Below, in pieces: positions 34,178 to 42,555 of a stretch of 42,555 nt of DNA; the stretch's first letter is position 1; each line of letters begins with the position of its first letter. The stretch comes from a virus. Taxonomy: Duplodnaviria > Caudoviricetes. The DNA lies in the IMG/VR virus record IMGVR_UViG_3300037124_000019, positions 1 to 42,555 of that record; one strand, 5' to 3'. Both the position numbers and the translations under genes were made by a program. Below the pieces are notes generated by a model. It ran no database searches. It saw only the letters and a list, made by a program, of their open reading frames with translations, and was not told where the DNA came from.

Positions 34178-35295
34178 TCAAGGGAATCAGACCTTCACTA
34201 GCGCAGGCTGGGTACATCAAAATCGGCGAGCTCTCGGGACAAGAGAGGGTCGCCAAGAGCGGTCGGAAGTGGCGCCCTCCGGTAAAGCTCGACCACTTCA
34301 AGGTCACGAAGACCACGCGCGGCGACGATGGAAACCTCGAGGTGGACACTTCCGTCATGGATGCGCTCCAATTCGACTTCGCCGATAGCGATGGCTTGGT
34401 GCGTACCGTGCCCATCATCCTGCATTCCGACAACATCGATGATGTCTTCCCGACGCAGTACGCAGCCTACGCCGGCAAGCAAGTCGTCTGCCGTGGTAAT
34501 GGTGAAAAGGCCACGCGTTGGCGCTACCGAGACAAGGTGCGTACGGGAAAGACCTTCGACCATCCATGCCCATGCCCGTGGTTGGAACGCAATGACAATG
34601 GCGTTCAGCTATGCAAGCCCCACGGTGCTCTACACTGCATGCTTGCCTTGCCAGGTCACGCTGTAGCTGGAGCAGTCTATCGCTACAGGACAGCCGGGAT
34701 AATCTCTGTGCAGCGGATCATCGGGTCGCTCGAGCAGATCATGGCGCTCGTGGGCACCATCTCAAATATCCCGCTGATGCTGCGCGTCCAGCCGGTTCAG
34801 GTCTCGCCGGAGGGGCAATCGCAGACCGTGTACGCTGTGCATGTCGAGCTCAGAGCCAGCGACATCGTCGAGGTCCAAAGGAGGGCCATCGAGGCGCGCG
34901 AGACGCGGTCGCGACTTGGCGGGGGTACAGATGTGCAAATCCGTGCCCTGATTCAGCCCCCGGCGAGCGACGACGAGAGCCCCGAGGAGCAAGAAGAGGT
35001 CGCCAACGAGTTTCATCCATCGCCGCCGGACGACGACCAGCCATCAAAGCGCACCGATGCTGTCAAACAAGCCGCCCAAAATACCGCTGGCAAGAAGCGC
35101 CGGGGGCGCCCACCGAAGAACCCCCAACCCGAGCCAGAGAATGCATCTCCACCCGCCGCGTCCCCCGAAGAGGCGCAGCAAGCTCTGGAAGAGACGAAGG
35201 AGGCCCACCATGGCCAAGCTGAAATTGGCCCCGATGAGCCGCCGGCGCAGACTGACGACGACAATCCGGACTACGGGGAACCTGACGAGGAATAG
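34174..35295 (+). CDS. Gp3-like recombination-associated protein
   Basis: G.IKIG......P.KLDHF.VT, CRGNGE.A, CPC...CKPHG.L; acidic tail; next to YqaJ. Confidence 0.75.
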   Translation: MIKGIRPSLAQAGYIKIGELSGQERVAKSGRKWRPPVKLDHFKVTKTTRGDDGNLEVDTSVMDALQFDFADSDGLVRTVPIILHSDNIDDVFPTQYAAYAGKQVVCRGNGEKATRWRYRDKVRTGKTFDHPCPCPWLERNDNGVQLCKPHGALHCMLALPGHAVAGAVYRYRTAGIISVQRIIGSLEQIMALVGTISNIPLMLRVQPVQVSPEGQSQTVYAVHVELRASDIVEVQRRAIEARETRSRLGGGTDVQIRALIQPPASDDESPEEQEEVANEFHPSPPDDDQPSKRTDAVKQAAQNTAGKKRRGRPPKNPQPEPENASPPAASPEEAQQALEETKEAHHGQAEIGPDEPPAQTDDDNPDYGEPDEE

Positions 35296-35297
35296 CA

Positions 35298-36977
35298 GTG
35301 ATCGAGCCCCGCAAATACCAGCTAGACGCCATAGCGGCATTCATGGCGAACCTGGACCGCGGGATTCGTCGCCAGCTCATAGTGTTGCCAACCGGCACCG
35401 GGAAGACGCTGACAGCTTTGTTGCTGGCTCGTCACCTCGGAGGGCCGGTGCTCTGGTTGGCACACCGCGACGAGCTCGTCCAACAGCCGTTCAAGGCAGC
35501 TAAAACGGTGTTGCCCGATGTTGAATGCGGGGTCGTCAAAGCGGCGCGCAACGAGTGGCGACGCGACCTCGTTTTCGCTTCCATCCAAACGGCATTCAGG
35601 GAAAAGAGGCTAGAGCAGCTCCGCCGGCGCGAGTGGAAGCTCGTGGTGATCGACGAGTGCCACCACGCGCCCTCGGCGAGCTGGAAAAAGGTCGTCTCCG
35701 GGCTCGGGTGCCTCGAGGACAGCGGCGGGCCACCTCTGCTCGGGCTGACCGCGACGACGGAACGATTGGACTCAGCCAGACTCGATGACATTTTCCAACA
35801 GGTGGCCTACCAATATCACCTCAACCAGGCGATAAAAGACGGATTTTTGGTCCGTCCTGACATCGTGTTCGAGCCCATCCAGGTGAATCTGGACAGTGTG
35901 CACAGCAGGCGCGGCGACTTCGACCCCAAAGAGCTCGATTTGGCGCTCCTCGAGGGCGGCATTATCGATGCCATCACCAACGCTGTCAAAGCCCATGCTG
36001 AAGGTCGAAAGACGCTGATTTTCACCGTCTCAGTGCGTCAGGCCCAGATGGTGGCTGATGCCCTGAAGGCCGAGGGGCTGGCGGCCGGGTCAGTAGACGG
36101 CAAGATGCATGTTGACGAGCGCCGATACGCCCTGCGTAAATTCGCCCGGGGCGACACCCAAATCATGGCCAATTGCGCCATTCTGACCGAGGGATTCGAC
36201 GAGCCGTCCATCAGCTGTATCATCTTGGCTCGCCCGACGCAAAGCAAGAGCCTGCTCATACAGTGCGTCGGGCGGGGGCTGCGGCTCGCCCCGAACAAGC
36301 AGGACTGCAAAATCGTCGACATGGTGGCGATTACTGGCCGCCACAGCCTCGTGCAGGCCCCAGTGATATTCGGCGCCGAAATCGAAGCCGAGGCCCATGA
36401 GGCGAGCCAAGAAGCCCTCTTCAAGGTCGACCCGGCTGAATACTGGCGTCAGCGGCTGTCGACCCAGGTCATGGGCCTGCAATCGATCTCCCGCTCCGAC
36501 ATGAACTGGATCCGGGGCGCCGCCGGCGAGCTCCTGCTGGGGGTCGGGAATTTCGGTACCGTGCGCCTGCGACCAGATGAGGAGCATGGCGACTGGCGGA
36601 TAGAGGTAATCGGCAACCGTGAGACGGGCCGCGACCTCGAGCCGCTCGCCGAGGGCACGGTCGAGATCGAGCTCGGTCAGGGGCTCGGCGAGGACTACGT
36701 TCGCCGGTGCAAGGCCGTTGTTCTGGCCCGGGGCGGCCGGTGGCGCGACCAGCCGGCGACCCCCGCCCAACTCGAGGCCCTCCGCCGGTGGAATATCGAC
36801 CCGCCGCCCGGGCTGACCAAGGGACAAGCCTCCGAGATGCTCACCGCCGCGGCGGCACGGCGCTACGAACCGGCGACCCACAAACAGATAGCGTACCTGC
36901 GCCGACTCAGAGTTAAATTCGACAAGGGCATTACCAAGAAAGAGGCTGGGCGCCTCATCGGCGCCTCGAGAACATGA
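35298..36977 (+). CDS. SF2 DExH helicase
   Basis: PTGTGKT, DECHH, GLTAT, LTEGFD and QCVGRGLR; C-terminal PAT..Q repeats. Confidence 0.93.
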   Translation: MIEPRKYQLDAIAAFMANLDRGIRRQLIVLPTGTGKTLTALLLARHLGGPVLWLAHRDELVQQPFKAAKTVLPDVECGVVKAARNEWRRDLVFASIQTAFREKRLEQLRRREWKLVVIDECHHAPSASWKKVVSGLGCLEDSGGPPLLGLTATTERLDSARLDDIFQQVAYQYHLNQAIKDGFLVRPDIVFEPIQVNLDSVHSRRGDFDPKELDLALLEGGIIDAITNAVKAHAEGRKTLIFTVSVRQAQMVADALKAEGLAAGSVDGKMHVDERRYALRKFARGDTQIMANCAILTEGFDEPSISCIILARPTQSKSLLIQCVGRGLRLAPNKQDCKIVDMVAITGRHSLVQAPVIFGAEIEAEAHEASQEALFKVDPAEYWRQRLSTQVMGLQSISRSDMNWIRGAAGELLLGVGNFGTVRLRPDEEHGDWRIEVIGNRETGRDLEPLAEGTVEIELGQGLGEDYVRRCKAVVLARGGRWRDQPATPAQLEALRRWNIDPPPGLTKGQASEMLTAAAARRYEPATHKQIAYLRRLRVKFDKGITKKEAGRLIGASRT

Positions 36978-36986
36978 GGAGTTACG

Positions 36987-37799
36987 ATGACTACGATCGA
37001 ATGGACCGACGTCACATGGAACCCTGTCACTGGATGCACCAAAATCAGCGAAGGGTGCGAAAATTGCTACGCTGAGCGTATGGCAAAACGTCTACGAGGG
37101 CGGTGTGGATACCCGAAAGACGAGCCATTCAAGGTGACGTTGCATCATGATCGGCTCGTACAACCATTGCGGTGGAGAAAAGCCAAGCGAGTATTTGTCT
37201 GCTCAATGGGGGATTTGTTCCATGAGGATGTGCCAAACAGCTACATTCAAGCGGTTTTCACTGTAATGGCACGATGCTGGCAACACACATTCCAGATTCT
37301 CACGAAGCGTCCATCACGAATACTGGAGATAATATCTATATGGGTCAACAATGGGTTGACGTTGCGTGAAGGATTTGGGGCCGTGCTCCCACCAAATGTC
37401 TGGCTCGGCGTAAGCGTAGAGAATCAGAAAACCTCTGAGGAGCGCATCCCACTACTTCTGCAGACCCCGGCTGCAGTGCGGTTCGTCAGCGCTGAACCAT
37501 TGCTTGGAAATATTTATTTAAATCACCTGGAATATGAAGCCATTTCGGAAATCGATTCGCTTCGAGGAACACATGGTTTAATCAGACCACATAGTGGGAA
37601 ATGCAACAAACTAGATTGGGTAATCGTAGGTGCAGAGTCAGGACCTCGACGTCGTGAGTGTGACAATCAATGGATTGCAAGAATAGTGAAGCAATGTGTC
37701 GATAGCAACACACCTGTCTTTGTAAAGCAGGCGCACGAGGGGAGGAAGGTTGTCAAGATGCCTAAAATCATGGGGCGAGTATGGGACGGTATGCCCTGA
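36987..37799 (+). CDS. DUF5131 (Gp37/Gp68, radical-SAM-like) protein
   Basis: IEWTD.TWNPVTGCTKISEGCENCYA, SMGDLFH, LTKRP, S.EPLL and WVIVGAESG. Confidence 0.93.
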   Translation: MTTIEWTDVTWNPVTGCTKISEGCENCYAERMAKRLRGRCGYPKDEPFKVTLHHDRLVQPLRWRKAKRVFVCSMGDLFHEDVPNSYIQAVFTVMARCWQHTFQILTKRPSRILEIISIWVNNGLTLREGFGAVLPPNVWLGVSVENQKTSEERIPLLLQTPAAVRFVSAEPLLGNIYLNHLEYEAISEIDSLRGTHGLIRPHSGKCNKLDWVIVGAESGPRRRECDNQWIARIVKQCVDSNTPVFVKQAHEGRKVVKMPKIMGRVWDGMP

Positions 37800-37808
37800 C
37801 GTGCAACT

Positions 37809-38630
37809 ATGACAACCAGCTGGCAGGCCAATCTCGACAGCGTCAACATGGGCGCACACGCCTTGGCCTACGCCAGGCGCGGTTGGGTGGTAATTCCTAT
37901 ATGGTGGCCGAGCTCCGCCAAAAAGTGCGCCTGCCACAACGACGACTGTGAAAACCACGGTAAGCACCCGATAGTGGGGTTCAGCGGCTCCACCGACAGC
38001 GCCGTCATTTCCAAATGGTGGGCCAGGTGGCCGAACGCCAACATCGGCATTCTCACCGGGGAGCTCTCTGATTTTACCGTTCTCGACATCGACGGGTTGA
38101 GGGGTCAGAGCACGTTTCGTCGGCTGATGGAAAAACACGGCCGTCCGAACAACACCGTGGTGTCGATTTCAGGCAGCTTCGGGATGCACATTCTATTTAA
38201 GTACCGCCCGAGCCACACGATAACGACCAACGGGTTGCCTGGCATCGACGTTTTCGCCAACCGAAAATTCATGATCGCCCCGCCGTCGATGCACGCCAGC
38301 GGAAACCGCTACCGGTGGCATCCATTGGGGCACCCGCGCAACACCAAAATCGTCGAGGCTCCGACGTGGGTAGAGCGGATTTTCCGCGGTGAGTACACTT
38401 CCAAGCGCCGGTCAAACGGCAACTCGTCAAATGGCGGACCTGCCTGCGAGGGGGACCGCAACAACACGCTGTTCCGGCATGCATGCCGGATGCAGCGCCA
38501 AGGACTTCCTGACGAGGAGCTCTCTGACAGGGTGCATGCCCTAAACCGAGAGATGTGCAAGCCGCCGCTGCGCGATCGCGAAGTGGAAACTATCGTGTCA
38601 AGTGCACTGCGCTACAAGAAAGGTGCGTGA
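37809..38630 (+). CDS. Bifunctional primase-polymerase domain plus PriCT-1
   Basis: AL.YA..GW.V.P, GKHP, WW..WP.ANIGI, VLDID, G.H, APPS.H.SG..Y.W, EG.RN.TLF. Confidence 0.9.
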   Translation: MTTSWQANLDSVNMGAHALAYARRGWVVIPIWWPSSAKKCACHNDDCENHGKHPIVGFSGSTDSAVISKWWARWPNANIGILTGELSDFTVLDIDGLRGQSTFRRLMEKHGRPNNTVVSISGSFGMHILFKYRPSHTITTNGLPGIDVFANRKFMIAPPSMHASGNRYRWHPLGHPRNTKIVEAPTWVERIFRGEYTSKRRSNGNSSNGGPACEGDRNNTLFRHACRMQRQGLPDEELSDRVHALNREMCKPPLRDREVETIVSSALRYKKGA

Positions 38631-39034
38631 TGGCCAAACACAGACGTCGAAACGCCCCTCGCCGGCTGCGCGAGTTGGAATCGTCCAGTGGTAACGACTA
38701 TTTTTCGGAATTCACCGGATGCTTTTACAAAGTCGCTTTTCCGTCAAAAAGAATAGCGACCGCCAGGGCAAAAAAGCTCCGCATGCGCGTCTATAAATGC
38801 AAGCATTGTAAAAAATACCATCTCACAAAAAAAAGGTTGCATTATGCCACGTCGTCTGAGGTTTTTCCGGAAGTACGATATGAAAAACTCACAGCAAAGG
38901 AAATATCGCCTCACAAGATTACGAAACGAGCTAAAGGAGACACAAAAAGAAATTCGCGAGCTCGAAAAAACCGCTGGAAAACGTCTCGAGGTACTACGCC
39001 GGCATCAACGGCAGATTTTGAACCTGATTGGTAG
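38630..39034 (+). CDS. Basic hypothetical protein with a YKC..C..YHLT Zn motif
   Basis: TGATG overlap; C..K.AF.S...A......R.YKCKHCKKYHLT. Confidence 0.65.
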   Translation: MAKHRRRNAPRRLRELESSSGNDYFSEFTGCFYKVAFPSKRIATARAKKLRMRVYKCKHCKKYHLTKKRLHYATSSEVFPEVRYEKLTAKEISPHKITKRAKGDTKRNSRARKNRWKTSRGTTPASTADFEPDW

Positions 39035-39056
39035 AGTGGAGAATTTCCATGGTTGA
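38880..39056 (+). CDS. Small coiled-coil protein
   Basis: Clear heptad pattern; overlaps the 3' part of the previous ORF. Confidence 0.45.
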   Translation: MKNSQQRKYRLTRLRNELKETQKEIRELEKTAGKRLEVLRRHQRQILNLIGRVENFHG

Positions 39057-41043
39057 CGATGACCTATTTTCGGTCCCGGGCCCGCCCCCGGAGCCACCGG
39101 AGCCTCCACCGGAACGACCGGTCATCCAGTACATCAAGGCCGATGTTCACGATGCTGTAGATGATGCCATCCCGTTTGTGGCTGCCTCCGACCTGATTTA
39201 CCAGCGGTCCGGGCGGTTGGTGAAGGTCGCCTACACGAGGGGCATCCGCGACGGCATCATCCGCGAGGACGAGTGCCCCATTATCATGAACGTGACGCGG
39301 GGCTACCTCATCGAAGTCCTCAGCCGTTGCATCTACTGGATGAAGTACGATGGCCGATCGCAGAAACTCGTCGGCTGTGAGCCCCCCCAGGCCGTCGTGG
39401 CTGCCTTTTTGGACCGGGGGGAGTGGCCTGACATCCCAATTCTGCGCGGCGTGTCCACAATCCCAATTCTGCGCGATTCCGGCTCGGTCTGCATGAAACA
39501 GGGCTACGACGAGCAATCCGAGTACTTCCATGCCCCAACGGTGGACAAATTGTCACCTGACTGGTCCTTCGACCAAGAGGGGGCCTCCGAGTGCTGCAAG
39601 GAAATCCTCGATTGGGTCAGCGATTTCCCCTTCGCCGAGGAGTGCCACCGGTCCGCGTGGTTGGCGGCCGTGCTCACCGGGGTGAGCATCCCAATAATTG
39701 ATGGACCCACCCCCCTGACCCTCATCGACGCCAACGCCCCCGGCACCGGTAAATCGCTGCTCGTCGACGTCGCCAGTGTGATTTCCACCGGGATGAGCGC
39801 GGCCCGGTCGCCAGATGTCAGAGATGAGGAAGAGCTCCGAAAACGCATCACCAGCCACCTGATGGCCGGCGACCGCCTCTGCATGATTGACAATGTCCGT
39901 GGCGGCTCGAAAATCGGCTGGCCAGCGCTCGACGCCCTCCTGACGTCCGAAACCTGGTCCGACCGGGAGCTCGGTAAATCCGGGGTCGTTCGGCTCCCAG
40001 CCAAGACCCAGTGGTTTGTGACCGGCAACAACCTCGCCGTGGGCACCGATATCGCGCGCCGCACACTTCGCGTCCGCCTCGAGGCCAGCGTCGAGCGCCC
40101 CGAGCTCCGCTCAGGCTTCAAACACGACCCACTGCTCCGAGAAATCCGCCGGATGCGCCGCGACCTCATGAGCAAAGCCCTTCTAGTCGTCAGGTCCTAC
40201 ATCTACGCCGGCCGACCCGACGTCGGGGTAAAACCTCTCGGTAGCTTCGAAAGCTGGTCCGTCATTGTCCGCAACGCCATTATCTGGGCCGGCCTCGCCG
40301 ACCCGGTGGACGCGCTCGTAGGGAACGAAGAGGGCGTCGATGAAGAGGATAGCGCCAGAAAAGTCCTCCTGCTTAATTGGAAATCTCTCAAAGGATTTCC
40401 TCCCGTCGAAGGCGGAATTACTGCCTCTGAAGCACTCAAAGAAATAGAAAATCATCGGGACGAGTACGGCGATATCATTGAGGCTTTAGAAAGCCTTTGC
40501 TATATAAATAACAGAAACGGCCTTCCGAGCGCCAAAAGCCTTGGTCGTGTACTAAACGGGATGCTAAAAAGAATTCACGTCATCGGTAATGAGCGCTACC
40601 AATTTACCAAAAAGAGGAATCGTAGAAATACTTTCATGTGGGACGTGGAAATTTCACCCCTCGAGCCTGATTTTTTGGCCAAAAGCCTAGTTTACGATGA
40701 TCCAAAAAATAAACCCGACAGCAAACCTCGCACTCAAGTACCTGAAATCACAGATGGTCACGGGTATGATGGGTCTATTGGTTTAAATATATTGTTGAGG
40801 GGGAAATCAAATGACAGTTTCTATATAAGGGGAAAAAATGGTCCATATGGCCGGCATAACCCGCATGGCAATAATTCCAATAACTTAGATAAAAACGACA
40901 TGCTTACCGATTTGGTAAGCAATCCGGAATTGAGCATGCAAGACCGGAAAAAAACTGAATGTGATGAAAAAAATGATGATAATCAGGATTTTGATGAGGA
41001 AATTTTCGGGTTTAATTTTGAGGACGAAAATAATGAAGATTAG
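39049..41043 (+). CDS. Primase-associated P-loop helicase/ATPase
   Basis: Walker A PGTGKS, IDNV, R.LG.S, TGNN....D..RR; AT-rich acidic tail. Confidence 0.85.
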   Translation: MVDDDLFSVPGPPPEPPEPPPERPVIQYIKADVHDAVDDAIPFVAASDLIYQRSGRLVKVAYTRGIRDGIIREDECPIIMNVTRGYLIEVLSRCIYWMKYDGRSQKLVGCEPPQAVVAAFLDRGEWPDIPILRGVSTIPILRDSGSVCMKQGYDEQSEYFHAPTVDKLSPDWSFDQEGASECCKEILDWVSDFPFAEECHRSAWLAAVLTGVSIPIIDGPTPLTLIDANAPGTGKSLLVDVASVISTGMSAARSPDVRDEEELRKRITSHLMAGDRLCMIDNVRGGSKIGWPALDALLTSETWSDRELGKSGVVRLPAKTQWFVTGNNLAVGTDIARRTLRVRLEASVERPELRSGFKHDPLLREIRRMRRDLMSKALLVVRSYIYAGRPDVGVKPLGSFESWSVIVRNAIIWAGLADPVDALVGNEEGVDEEDSARKVLLLNWKSLKGFPPVEGGITASEALKEIENHRDEYGDIIEALESLCYINNRNGLPSAKSLGRVLNGMLKRIHVIGNERYQFTKKRNRRNTFMWDVEISPLEPDFLAKSLVYDDPKNKPDSKPRTQVPEITDGHGYDGSIGLNILLRGKSNDSFYIRGKNGPYGRHNPHGNNSNNLDKNDMLTDLVSNPELSMQDRKKTECDEKNDDNQDFDEEIFGFNFEDENNED

Positions 41044-41446
41044 GCGTTTTGAAAAGCTGGTTGAGAGAGAAGCGAGACTGGCGATTAACAGGGCCAAAAA
41101 GAAGGTGTCTCAGAAAAAGGAAGATGCCGAACAACAGGATTTTGTAATTTGGGCTAGGGCCATTTTTAATCTCGTATGGCATACTCCAAATGCACGAGAG
41201 AAAAAGACGGCCCGATTATATTGGCACTCGATGGGGGTCCTCGCCGGGGTGCCGGATATCTGCATCGTTCATCGAGGCGTGAATATAGCCCTGGAATTTA
41301 AATCGGCAGGCGGTAAACTATCTCCTGACCAAAAAAGAATCATGAGAACCCTTCACGAAAATGGATGGCACGTGGCTGTTGTTTATTCCGCCGAGGAAGC
41401 CAAGGATTTCGTGCGCTCCGTTCTCGGAATGGAAAAAGAGGAGTGA
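41033..41446 (+). CDS. VRR-NUC nuclease
   Basis: E...Q, WHTPN, MGVLAGVPDI and LEFKS..GKLS..Q. Confidence 0.9.
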   Translation: MKIRRFEKLVEREARLAINRAKKKVSQKKEDAEQQDFVIWARAIFNLVWHTPNAREKKTARLYWHSMGVLAGVPDICIVHRGVNIALEFKSAGGKLSPDQKRIMRTLHENGWHVAVVYSAEEAKDFVRSVLGMEKEE

Positions 41447-41622
41447 GCCCTTTGATTTTGAAAAAAAATGGCGCTCGGGTATGAGGGGGGCGCATTTTTG
41501 GGACCCACTTTGGAAAACCGGATCCATGCCACCCCCGGGGCGGGGTCGCGCGAAAGGGTCCCTTTGGCCGACCAGGAGCGCTTGTGCTGGTGCACCGGCG
41601 CCGCCGGCGGCGCAAGCCAGCG

Positions 41623-41635
41623 TAAGTGGTTGATA
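41623..41635 (-). promoter_or_regulatory. IHF consensus binding site
   Basis: Minus strand TATCAACCACTTA matches WATCAANNNNTTR exactly. Confidence 0.6.
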
Positions 41636-41646
41636 TTACGTGGGCA

Positions 41647-41678
41647 ACTCAGTACATAATTACTATTGTGTACTGAGT
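41647..41678. other. Putative tyrosine-recombinase target site (13-6-13 palindrome, dif/lox-like)
   Basis: ACTCAGTACATAA-TTACTA-TTGTGTACTGAGT; arms 12/13 complementary; CATAA-N6-TTGTG resembles the dif core CATAA-N6-TTATG. Confidence 0.65.
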
Positions 41679-41908
41679 CAGTGATTAGGGATGTGGGTTG
41701 GAGTAGTTTTATGTGTGTTGAGGTGATGAACTGTGCTGTATCACCAGGCTCGGGCGCTCGGCAGGGGCGTGGAGAATCCACCCACCATACCAATTACGGA
41801 AACAATCAGCAGGTATTGTTTCGTAGGAGGAAACAGAGATGAGCAAAACCCAAATAACGCAAGGTGGAAAGACCATTCTGCAAGCTCGAGAGTGATGGGA
41901 GGTGAGCT

Positions 41909-42103
41909 ATGAATAAGCTACAGAGAGATCTCGACGAGGCTAGGTTGATGGTGCTGCGGTTGGTCGTCTCAATGTCTCGGGTTGGTCGTGAGAGCAATGA
42001 GGACGCCGTCAGTGCGGCCCGTGATAAACTAGCAAATTGGGGGCTAGACATAAATAACGACCGGATGAAGTGCGAGAAGTTGCTCGGGTTCAAGTTTTGG
42101 TGA
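41909..42103 (+). CDS. Hypothetical protein
   Basis: RBS GGAGGTG. Confidence 0.7.
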   Translation: MNKLQRDLDEARLMVLRLVVSMSRVGRESNEDAVSAARDKLANWGLDINNDRMKCEKLLGFKFW

Positions 42104-42125
42104 GAGGTTTGAGGAGGAAACAGAG

Positions 42126-42389
42126 GTGAGCGTCTACGTTGACAAGCTACGGACCTATTCGGACGAGTGGTATTCGAATCATCAAGCTGCTCGTAATGGC
42201 AAGCGCCACGGGCACCAATGGTGTCATATGTGGGCTGATACCGAGGATGAGATGCACAGGCTGGCCAGGAGGATTGGGTTGAGGAAGGAGTGGGCACATA
42301 GGCGACGTGATGGCTCAGTCCACTACGACTTGGTACCGACAAAGAGGCAGAAGGCAATTGAGCTCGGTGCGGTCGAGGTCGAGCGATGA
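42126..42389 (+). CDS. DUF4031 family protein
   Basis: M.VYVD...WCHM.ADT.DEMH..A.RIGL...W....HYDL...KR..AI.LGA. Confidence 0.88.
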   Translation: MSVYVDKLRTYSDEWYSNHQAARNGKRHGHQWCHMWADTEDEMHRLARRIGLRKEWAHRRRDGSVHYDLVPTKRQKAIELGAVEVER

Positions 42390-42555
42390 ACCGCTGGATA
42401 GCAAATACGAGGTCATTCATGCGATGCGAGAAGTGCGGTCGAGTGGAGCATCAACTCTTCCGCGATCGACCGAAGGGACAGCGAGCGAAGTTCGTCTGCT
42501 ACAGGTGTCTTGGTGCTGAGGCTCCGAAGCCGAGTGATGAGTTGCTCGAGCTGTC
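42386..42555 (+). CDS. 72-aa Zn-ribbon-like protein spanning the circular junction (continues to TGA at 174..176)
   Basis: Translated by hand: MNRWIANTRSFMRCEKCG...CYRCLG...KEELQ; ATGA overlaps at both ends. Confidence 0.75.
   Translation, partial: MNRWIANTRSFMRCEKCGRVEHQLFRDRPKGQRAKFVCYRCLGAEAPKPSDELLEL
42429..42555. repeat. Direct terminal repeat, right copy
   Basis: Identical to 1..127. Confidence 0.95.

Noticed and set aside
1-42555. Stop-codon reassignment, tRNA genes or a DNA polymerase
   Set aside because: Genes tile densely under code 11 using all three stops. No cloverleaf and no family A/B polymerase was recognised.

Overview
This window is a complete circular dsDNA phage genome of about 42,428 bp. 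Bases 1..127 are repeated exactly at 42429..42555, and an ORF reads across that junction. The architecture is P22-like podovirus: terminase, portal, scaffold, major capsid, gp4-like and gp10-like head completion proteins, a GNAT protein, three DNA-ejection proteins and a beta-helix tailspike, with no tail tube, sheath or tape measure. Next come an amidase/holin lysis module and a recombination/replication module (YqaJ exonuclease, Gp3-like protein, SF2 helicase, DUF5131, primase-polymerase, P-loop helicase, VRR-NUC), then about 10 kb of small accessory genes. All credible genes are on the + strand except a terminase-small-subunit-like gene, which is divergent from a 191-aa tyrosine recombinase. 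The most striking signal is an accessory operon (about 2940..5040). Three consecutive gene junctions there carry copies of one ~72-nt structured RNA-like hairpin, and the fourth junction carries a type II hammerhead ribozyme with a variant core (CUGACGU). Other points of interest are virion-module proteins with signal peptides or a lipobox, a lox/dif-like 13-6-13 palindrome beside an IHF consensus site, and a possible -1 frameshift fusing the holin to a beta-strand domain. Family calls come from motif recognition by eye; no database search was run.
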